Shown: one piece after another, positions 1-6,769 of the stretch
How the letters are laid out: each line of letters begins with the position of its first letter
Position numbering within the stretch: position 1 is the first letter of the stretch
Assembly: GCA_023257795.1 (NCBI GenBank)
Contig: JALRBL010000072.1
Coordinates: 1 to 49,716 of the forward strand
From: Gammaproteobacteria bacterium
GTDB lineage: Bacteria > Pseudomonadota > Gammaproteobacteria > Magnimaribacterales > D2472
DNA: 49,716 nucleotides
Direction: 5' to 3'
Program-made: the position numbers and the translations under genes
The notes under the pieces: model-generated
Database searches by the model: none
Seen by the model: only the letters and a program-made list of their open reading frames with translations
What the model was told of the DNA's origin: nothing

Positions 1-564
1 TCTCATCGGTGGATCTTCAGGATTTGGGCTTAACTTCAAATCCATAATATCTGAATCACCAAAACCGAGGACCTTTGTATAAAAATTGTGCGCTTCCTCG
101 ATATCCAATGTAGCAAAAACAACATGACCGAAACCAAGTCCGCTAGTAACAAAACCAGAAACATCTTGAGAAGACTCAAATTCGACAATATCCTTCTCCC
201 GGCCACAAAAGAATTCAAGCTTATTTCCAACTGGATCAGAGAAACTAAACCCTTTTTCGATTTTTCGTTTAGAGATTTCACTTAAATCTAATCGAGTGCA
301 CTCTATTCCAATATTGGAAAGCTCTGATAATGCTAACTCTAAAGATTCCTCATTTTCTAGAGAAAATCCTCCAGCGACATAACGCTCAGAAGAGCCCTGA
401 GTAATTAAAAACCTAAAAGGCGCTTGGTCAATTTTTAATGCAAGTTGATTCTCGTTTGAAGCCTCTGGGTTTTTCATAAAACCACACACATTCAATGCAT
501 AGTCCTCCCATTTAGAAAGATCGGTGGTTTCTATCAATATATATTCAAGACCCTTTACTTTCAT
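1..564 (-). CDS. Type I extradiol ring-cleavage dioxygenase (VOC/glyoxalase fold, BphC/HsaC-like); 3' end cut by window edge
   Basis: Absent from the ORF track because it runs off the window. My reverse-strand translation from ATG 564-562 is open for all 188 codons to position 1: MKVKGLEYILIETTDLSKWEDYALNVCGF...GFVTSGLGFGHVVFATLDIEEAHNFYTKVLGFGDSDIMDLKL. The two-module layout and the GLGH-VVF / FY..VLGF motifs match 2,3-dihydroxybiphenyl-type dioxygenases. Confidence 0.75.
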   Translation of the reverse strand, partial: MKVKGLEYILIETTDLSKWEDYALNVCGFMKNPEASNENQLALKIDQAPFRFLITQGSSERYVAGGFSLENEESLELALSELSNIGIECTRLDLSEISKRKIEKGFSFSDPVGNKLEFFCGREKDIVEFESSQDVSGFVTSGLGFGHVVFATLDIEEAHNFYTKVLGFGDSDIMDLKLSPNPEDPPMR

Positions 565-601
565 CTACCATCTCCGATAATTAGTGTTTCATATTGTAAC
601 A

Positions 602-1255
602 ATGTCAAAGATAAAAGCCCTAATAAATCCTGTCACTCCTTTTGCTCAAAATGCTCCAATTATTTATTGTGAAAATACGAGACAGTGCGCATTTGTTGAT
701 CCTGGAGGAGACATAGAGCTTTTGATGCAAATTGCAGCAAATAATTCACTAATCCCTTCTAAAATTCTTTTGACACATGGTCATGCCGATCATGCCGGTG
801 GAGCAACTCAATTATCTGAGATCTTGCAAATTAATATCATTGGCCCTCAAAAAGAAGATTTATTTTTACTGGAAAGTCTTGAAGAGCAAGGAAAAATGTT
901 TGGCATAGAAGCAATCAATTGTTTGCCACATGTTTGGTTAAATGATGGTGATGAGGTAATGCTTGGTGATGCCTTGTTATCAGTACTTCATTGTCCCGGA
1001 CATACTCCTGGACATATCGTATTTTTTAATAAAGCATCTAAATTAGCTATAGTCGGTGACGTACTATTCAGAGGCTCTATTGGCAGAACAGATCTTCCAA
1101 AAGGAAACCATGAACATCTCATAGTTTCCATTAAAGAGAAACTTTGGCCATTAGGAAATGAGGTAATTTTTATCTCTGGTCATGGACCAATTTCATCATT
1201 TGGTCAAGAAAGAGCTGACAATGCGTTTGTAGCTGATGGTATTTTAGAAGATTAG
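602..1255 (+). CDS. gloC: MBL-fold metallo-hydrolase, YcbL/GloC-like (glyoxalase II family)
   Basis: ORF 584..1255. I prefer ATG 602 (MSKIKALINPVTPFAQN) over GTG 584. Motifs THGHADHAGG (HxHxDH), LHCPGHTPGHIVFF and GDVLFRGSIGRTDLPKG are collinear with E. coli YcbL as I remember it. Confidence 0.85.
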   Translation: MSKIKALINPVTPFAQNAPIIYCENTRQCAFVDPGGDIELLMQIAANNSLIPSKILLTHGHADHAGGATQLSEILQINIIGPQKEDLFLLESLEEQGKMFGIEAINCLPHVWLNDGDEVMLGDALLSVLHCPGHTPGHIVFFNKASKLAIVGDVLFRGSIGRTDLPKGNHEHLIVSIKEKLWPLGNEVIFISGHGPISSFGQERADNAFVADGILED

Positions 1256-1488
1256 TTATCTACCCAAACTTTTACTAATTTACCTTGATCATCTTTCATA
1301 TTGCCAGTGACTATAAGAATAAAGTCAACAATCCACCAGATTCCAAGACCTGCGAAAGTGATGATAAAAAGTATAGCAGTGGCATACCTTCTTAAGTAAA
1401 AACGATGAGCTGCCAAAGGCCAAGATAAAATCAAAAATAGCAAGAATGTTGGCAGAATAGTTTTTTCAGTACTTTGAATGCTAGTCAT
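1252..1488 (-). CDS. TM2 domain-containing small membrane protein
   Basis: ORF 1252..1503 opens with TTG. An ATG at 1488 is preceded by GGAGG (1498-1494) at 5-nt spacing, so I take 1488 as the start. The sequence LSWPLAAHRFYLRRYATAILFIITFAGLGIWWIVDFILIVTG is a typical TM2 two-helix module. Confidence 0.7.
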   Translation of the reverse strand: MTSIQSTEKTILPTFLLFLILSWPLAAHRFYLRRYATAILFIITFAGLGIWWIVDFILIVTGNMKDDQGKLVKVWVDN

Positions 1489-2281
1489 AACGACCTCCAG
1501 CAAGCCTGGCCGACAATTTAATTAATATCTTAGCAGGCAGAGCATTGCATAAAAAAGCTAATAACTTATTCAGAGTTCCAGGAACCCAAACCTGCTTACC
1601 TTTCAATGTTGCTGCTACTGCTCCTTTCGCAACATACTTGACATCTTTTTTCATAAAGCTTGGCACAGCATCCATTTTATCCTGCATGCCGCTTGCTGTA
1701 TGGAACTCAGTTACAGTAAAGCCTGGACAAACATTGGTTGAAGTAATTCCTTTAGAGTTATAGTTAATGTTAATTGCATCACCAAATCGATTGATAAAGG
1801 TTTTGACTGGTCCATACATCATCCCCCAGCCTGATGACGGGGGAGCGAATGATGCTAGCGAAGAAACCATCATAATTCTTCCGCCACCTCTCGATAAGAA
1901 GTCATTAATAAAATATTTGGTGAGATGAACTATTGAGGTTCCAAGCACAGTTAAAAACTTATCTTCAATTTCCTCGCTGGTATCTTGGAATTTTTTGTTA
2001 ATGCTATATCCAGCATTATTGACTAAGATTTCAATATCTAAATTACTGTTTTTACAAAAATCGTATATCTTTTTGGGAGCATCCACATCTGCTAAATCTG
2101 CAGAAATAAATTTTGCATCAACTCCATATTGTTGCATTAGATCATCGGACAGCTTTATTAACCGCTCTTCTCTGCGAGCGGTTAAAACAATGTTGTAGCC
2201 CTTTGAGGCAAATTGATGAGCAAGCTCAAGTCCAATACCTGCTGATGAGCCTGTGATTAGAACATACGTATTTTTTGTCAT
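1481..2281 (-). CDS. SDR family oxidoreductase (short-chain dehydrogenase)
   Basis: 266 aa with TGSSAGIG cofactor motif, NNAG, and a catalytic-region YGPVK (YxxxK). ATGA overlap with the upstream thioesterase gene. Confidence 0.85.
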   Translation of the reverse strand: MTKNTYVLITGSSAGIGLELAHQFASKGYNIVLTARREERLIKLSDDLMQQYGVDAKFISADLADVDAPKKIYDFCKNSNLDIEILVNNAGYSINKKFQDTSEEIEDKFLTVLGTSIVHLTKYFINDFLSRGGGRIMMVSSLASFAPPSSGWGMMYGPVKTFINRFGDAININYNSKGITSTNVCPGFTVTEFHTASGMQDKMDAVPSFMKKDVKYVAKGAVAATLKGKQVWVPGTLNKLLAFLCNALPAKILIKLSARLAGGRYD

Positions 2282-2766
2282 GTTAAGTCCTTTATTTTTA
2301 GCCTCATATCGAATGGTATGAAGCCTTTTTCGGCATGAATTTTCTTGATTTCAAGCATAATTTTAAATTTATCTTCCCTAAATGGAACAATCTTTCGAAT
2401 ATTCATATCTATGTGCCCTTCAATTGTTTCGTAAATAGCACAAAGATTGTGAGATTCATCAAAGAGACCTCCTAAGATATGGAATAATTTTTTGTTTAGG
2501 TTATGCAACCTAAATCTTGGAAAGATGCTCTGACCTAGAAGAAATTCTTTTTGAAATCTGTAATTATCTTCTAAAGTAAAAGTTGAGAAACCATCATTAA
2601 AGTATTCTTCATTTAATCCAAATGCAGATGTTGTCCACTCCCATCCCTGTTGAAAAACATCTTTTATGTGAAGAACATTCATGTGGCCATTAAAATCGCA
2701 CATATCCTCTTGAACAATCACTGTTTTGCCTATATGCGGAAATAATTCAATCATGTTAGTAATCAA
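2278..2766 (-). CDS. Hotdog-fold acyl-CoA thioesterase-like protein
   Basis: 162 aa. The N-terminal ..VQEDMCDFNGHMNVLHIKDVFQQ.. resembles the 4HBT/YbgC-type thioesterase active-site region. The family call is less certain than for neighbouring genes. Confidence 0.55.
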   Translation of the reverse strand: MITNMIELFPHIGKTVIVQEDMCDFNGHMNVLHIKDVFQQGWEWTTSAFGLNEEYFNDGFSTFTLEDNYRFQKEFLLGQSIFPRFRLHNLNKKLFHILGGLFDESHNLCAIYETIEGHIDMNIRKIVPFREDKFKIMLEIKKIHAEKGFIPFDMRLKIKDLT

Positions 2767-2808
2767 AGGCAGCTATTGTAATACAATCTATGCTAAATTA
2801 ATGGTTAA

Positions 2809-4074
2809 TTAGTTCATACGAATATCAGTAATAAAGCAGCAATCATTCATCCTCATCTAAGATCTCAAGATAGGTTTTTTGAGGCTCATTCTAAAGAGAA
2901 CGAGTTTAGAGAACTCTGTGCATCATCGGATGTTGAGATAATTTTTGAATGTACCTTTCTATTAAGGCAAGTTTCTGCTTCTCACTATATAACCAAAGGT
3001 AAGCTTGAAGAAATCAAGGCACAAATTAACCTTGAAAAAAATCCTTTGGTAATAATTGATGCAGATCTATCACCGATCCAAGAGAGGAATATTGAAAAGT
3101 TTCTCCAATGCAGAGTCCTTGATAGGCAAGGATTAATCTTAGATATTTTTGCTAGACGAGCATCCAGTCATATTGGAAAACTACAAGTAGAATTAGCGCA
3201 ACTTCAATACCTTTCCACACGCTTGGTAAGAGGTTGGAGCCACCTTGAAAGACAAAAAGGAGGAATTGGATTAAGAGGCCCAGGAGAAACTCAACTCGAA
3301 ACAGATAGAAGGCTTATAGGTAACAGGATTAAGCAACTTAGCAAAAAATTAGATAAACAGCATAATCAAAAGGATCTTAATCGTTACAAAAGAAAAAAAG
3401 GTAATAAAAAAATTATCGCCTTAATGGGGTATACCAACGCTGGGAAAACAACGCTTTTTAATGCGCTAACTAATCAGAACCAATATTCAGCAAACCAGCT
3501 TTTTGCAACCCTAGACTCAAAGACTAGTAAAGCATCAAAAGATTTAGGATCCGGTGAAATATTAATATCTGATACAGTTGGATTTATTTCAAATATCCCA
3601 ACAAATCTAATTGAGTCCTTTAAAGCCACCCTGGATGATCTAAGGAATGCTGATTTATTACTGCATGTAGTTGATGCTAACGACCCTGAAAAAGCAGAAA
3701 AAATTTTTCAAACCCAATCAATTATTAAGGAGCTCTCTATTGAGATTCCTCAATTATTAGTATTTAACAAGTCTGATTTATTGCAAAAAACAGATTTTGT
3801 AAGAATAGATGATGAGCACTCTGTCTACATATCATCAACAACAAAACTTGGTTTTGAGAATCTAAAACTTAAAATTAATAGTGCTCTATACGGGACCATG
3901 TATAACGGATGGATAAAGATTCCATATAAATACTCATTTATTAGATATAAGCTTGAAGAATTAGGTATTATTTCAGAAGAAAAGAATCTTAAAGATTCAC
4001 TCAAGATGCATATAAGCATTCACGAAGATCATTTACTGCCTTTAATCAATAAGGATTATGTTCAGCGAGCTTGA
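2809..4074 (+). CDS. hflX: GTPase HflX (start unresolved; N-terminal domain precedes the first in-frame canonical start)
   Basis: The track ORF starts at TTG 3046, but the frame is open from 2809 and encodes the HflX N-domain (NKAAIIHPHL...DADLSPIQERNIEKFLQCRVLDRQGLILDIFARRA, LQVELAQLQYL, GGIGLRGPGETQLETDRR). This is followed by the G domain GYTNAGKTTLFN, DTVGF, NKSD. Confidence 0.9.
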   Translation, partial: LVHTNISNKAAIIHPHLRSQDRFFEAHSKENEFRELCASSDVEIIFECTFLLRQVSASHYITKGKLEEIKAQINLEKNPLVIIDADLSPIQERNIEKFLQCRVLDRQGLILDIFARRASSHIGKLQVELAQLQYLSTRLVRGWSHLERQKGGIGLRGPGETQLETDRRLIGNRIKQLSKKLDKQHNQKDLNRYKRKKGNKKIIALMGYTNAGKTTLFNALTNQNQYSANQLFATLDSKTSKASKDLGSGEILISDTVGFISNIPTNLIESFKATLDDLRNADLLLHVVDANDPEKAEKIFQTQSIIKELSIEIPQLLVFNKSDLLQKTDFVRIDDEHSVYISSTTKLGFENLKLKINSALYGTMYNGWIKIPYKYSFIRYKLEELGIISEEKNLKDSLKMHISIHEDHLLPLINKDYVQRA

Positions 4075-4083
4075 TATTTAAAA

Positions 4084-4174
4084 TGGCGGAGAGAGAGGGA
4101 TTCGAACCCTCGATACGAAAAACTCGTATAACACCTTAGCAGGGTGCCGCTTTCGACCACTCAGCCACCTCTCC
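4084..4174 (-). tRNA. tRNA-Ser (anticodon GCT), class II with long variable arm
   Basis: The reverse complement reads GGAGAGG-TG-GCTGAGTGGTCGAAAGC-G-GCACC-CTGCTAA-GGTGT-TATACGAGTTTTTCGTAT-C-GAGGG-TTCGAAT-CCCTC-TCTCTCC-G-CCA. The acceptor stem pairs 7/7 (one G-U), the T loop is TTCGAAT, and CCA is encoded. Confidence 0.95.
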
Positions 4175-4209
4175 GTTTGGGTGAGAAATTATAACCTTTT
4201 AAAAAATTA

Positions 4210-5547
4210 TTACCTATAGAATTCTAGTTGCATGCCTAGATGAGTAGGATCTAAAATCAAACCATTTTGAAAAACTAGTTTTCCGTTCAAAAAAGTTCTA
4301 AATACTTTGCCTCGAAGGGTTGTATTTTCTAGCGGACTCCATTTACACATATAGTACAAATCATCTTTTAAGACAGTAATATTTTCATCGGGATGGATCT
4401 CTACTAAATCAGCAAAGTAACCTTCTCTAATGTAACCTCTATCTTTTACCTTAAATCTTTCTGCTACATTGTGACTAGTTTTTTGCACGATTTCTTCAAT
4501 TGAAAAGAAGCCTTGATGGCTTAATTCCATGAGCATATTAAGAGTATGTTGAATAAGCGGCAGCCCGCTAGGAGCCATAAAATAAGTACGTTGCTTCTCT
4601 TCCCATGTATGAGGAGCATGATCAGTAGCGATAATGTCAATAACTCCATCTTTCAACGCTTTTAGAAGAGCTTGACGATCAGATTCTAATTTAATAGATG
4701 GATTACACTTAATCTGATGGCCTAAATTTTTGTAATCTGCTTCTGAATAAAAAAGATGATGGACGCATGCCTCAGCAGTGATATTTTTTTGATTGATAGG
4801 CAAGTCACTTAACAATGCTAACTCATCCTGAGTTGTAAGATGGAGAATATGCAGCTGGGACCTATGCTTTTTTGCTAAATCAACTGCAAAAGAAGATGAC
4901 TTAAGACAAGCTTCACGAGATCTTATCTCTGCATGTAAAACAGGCGGAACTTCTTCTCCAAACTGTTTCTTATACTTTTCTTCCAATGCAGAAATCATCG
5001 GCGTATCTTCGCAATGAGTCACAATTGGAACTGCAGCATGCTCAAAGATGTTTTCAAGCACATTATGATCATCGACTAACATATCTCCAGTAGATGATCC
5101 CATAAAAATTTTGATACCAGATGCATCATCTTTTCCCAATCTTTTAATTTCTTCAATATTCGAGTTAGAAGCACCGAAGTAAAAAGAAAAATTTGCATGA
5201 GACTTTGTTGCTCCTAAAAGGAATTTTTCTTTTAGGTTGGCTAGGGTTGTGGTTGGCGGGTTAACGTTTGGCATCTCAAAAAATGAAGTGGTCCCTCCAG
5301 CCAATGCTGCGAGAGTTTCAGTATGGATATTGCCTTTATGGGTTAATCCGGGTTCCCTAAAATGAACTTGGTCGTCTATGACTCCTGGAATAATGAGGTT
5401 TCCATTTAATTCTATTTCCTCTTTGGATTCGCCCGTTATTGAGGAAGATATTTGCTCAATTCTAGATCCTTTAATACCAATATCTGCATGCAATATTGAC
5501 CCTTCGTTAACAATCTTACAGTTCTTCAGAACTAAATCATGCTTCAT
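4210..5547 (-). CDS. pyrC: Dihydroorotase, class I (amidohydrolase superfamily), QxH variant of the first metal motif
   Basis: 445 aa with PGVIDDQVHFREPGLTHKG, GIKIFMG (carbamylated-Lys position), VTHCED, HILHLTT and ATDHAPH. Confidence 0.85.
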   Translation of the reverse strand: MKHDLVLKNCKIVNEGSILHADIGIKGSRIEQISSSITGESKEEIELNGNLIIPGVIDDQVHFREPGLTHKGNIHTETLAALAGGTTSFFEMPNVNPPTTTLANLKEKFLLGATKSHANFSFYFGASNSNIEEIKRLGKDDASGIKIFMGSSTGDMLVDDHNVLENIFEHAAVPIVTHCEDTPMISALEEKYKKQFGEEVPPVLHAEIRSREACLKSSSFAVDLAKKHRSQLHILHLTTQDELALLSDLPINQKNITAEACVHHLFYSEADYKNLGHQIKCNPSIKLESDRQALLKALKDGVIDIIATDHAPHTWEEKQRTYFMAPSGLPLIQHTLNMLMELSHQGFFSIEEIVQKTSHNVAERFKVKDRGYIREGYFADLVEIHPDENITVLKDDLYYMCKWSPLENTTLRGKVFRTFLNGKLVFQNGLILDPTHLGMQLEFYR

Positions 5548-6764
5548 TTATCTAGCTCAAACTCATGATGTAAAACTTTAACGGCATTATTTACATCATC
5601 AATATTTATAACCAAAGTGATCTTTATTTCAGAAGTACTAATCATGGAAATATTGATGTTATTGTTTGCTAGAGCTTGAAAGGCTCGAGAGGCAATACCA
5701 GCATGGGACCGCATTCCAACCCCTACAATGGATACTTTGCCCACGTTATTATCAATAATAAGATTATTGAAATCTAAATCTTGAAGTTGAGTATTGCATA
5801 TTTTTTCAACCACATCTCTATCAATTGAAGAAATAGTAAAAGTAAAATCTGTTCTACCCTCATTGCTTATATTTTGGATGATAACATCGACTTCTATCCC
5901 TTCAGCTGCAATGGGACCTAAAATTGAGGAAGCAATACCAGGAGAGTCTTTAACACCTTGAAAAGATATCTTGGTTTGGTCTTTTTGAAAGGCAATCCCT
6001 GAAACAACTGCTTTTTCCATATCATCCATATTTGGCTCCTCTAAACTTATAAGTGTCCCTGTTCCAGGAGCAAAACTTGAAAGCACTCGGACAGGCACAT
6101 TGTATTTGTTTGCAAACTCTACTGCTCTTACCTGCATTACTTTAGCTCCTTGGCCAGAAAGTTCCAACATTTCCTCCATGGTAATTCGGTCTAATTTTTT
6201 TGCTTCTGGTACAAGATTAGGATCTGTTGTGTAAATTCCATCCACATCAGTAAAGATATCGCAACGCAGAGATTTCATTGCAGCCGCTACAGCCACAGCA
6301 GTAGTATCAGAGCCCCCTCTACCAAGGGTCGTTACATCACCTTCGTCGGTAATTCCTTGGAAGCCAGTAATCACTGGAACAAAGTCATTATTTATTGCAT
6401 CTTCAATCTTCGTAAAGTCAATATTAATAATTTTAGCTTTTGAAAATTGTGAGGTAGTTTTCATAGATATTTGAGCTGCTGAATACGACTTTGATGCCAC
6501 GCCTGCTTTGTGAAGTGCCATAGCTAAAAGAGCAGCACTAACTTTTTCTCCTGTAGAGATTAAGGCATCGAACTCTCTCTTTGGGGGGTTATCATCAATT
6601 TCTTTTGCCAAATTTATTAACCTATCCGTTTCTCCACTCATTGCTGAGACAACAACAATTGGAAATGCCTCTTTCTTAGCCTCTTTAATAATTTTAGCAA
6701 CTGCCTCAATCCTCTCAATGGTGCCCACAGAGGTTCCGCCAAATTTAAGAACAATAGTTTCCAT
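5544..6764 (-). CDS. lysC: Aspartate kinase
   Basis: 406 aa with VLKFGGTSVG, VVVSAMSGETD, GRGGSDTTA and two C-terminal ACT-like repeats. Starts 5 nt after the alaS stop. Confidence 0.95.
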   Translation of the reverse strand: METIVLKFGGTSVGTIERIEAVAKIIKEAKKEAFPIVVVSAMSGETDRLINLAKEIDDNPPKREFDALISTGEKVSAALLAMALHKAGVASKSYSAAQISMKTTSQFSKAKIINIDFTKIEDAINNDFVPVITGFQGITDEGDVTTLGRGGSDTTAVAVAAAMKSLRCDIFTDVDGIYTTDPNLVPEAKKLDRITMEEMLELSGQGAKVMQVRAVEFANKYNVPVRVLSSFAPGTGTLISLEEPNMDDMEKAVVSGIAFQKDQTKISFQGVKDSPGIASSILGPIAAEGIEVDVIIQNISNEGRTDFTFTISSIDRDVVEKICNTQLQDLDFNNLIIDNNVGKVSIVGVGMRSHAGIASRAFQALANNNINISMISTSEIKITLVINIDDVNNAVKVLHHEFELDK

Positions 6765-6769
6765 AAATA

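Noticed and set aside
36-285. Track ORFs 36..281(-) and 88..285(+), 81 and 65 aa
   Set aside because: Both lie inside the 188-codon open frame of the extradiol dioxygenase (1..564, minus strand) but in other frames. Their sequences are low-complexity with no motifs.
3046-3048. TTG 3046 as the true hflX start (as in the ORF track)
   Set aside because: The 79 upstream in-frame codons encode sequence collinear with the HflX N-terminal domain, so a start at 3046 would delete a conserved domain. It is kept only as a fallback possibility in the hflX finding.
4084-4174. tRNA-Ser and tRNA-Asn (19247..19322) as integration sites for genomic islands
   Set aside because: There is no integrase, no duplicated tRNA 3' end or att-like direct repeat, and no atypical gene block next to either tRNA. 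The neighbouring genes are core genes.
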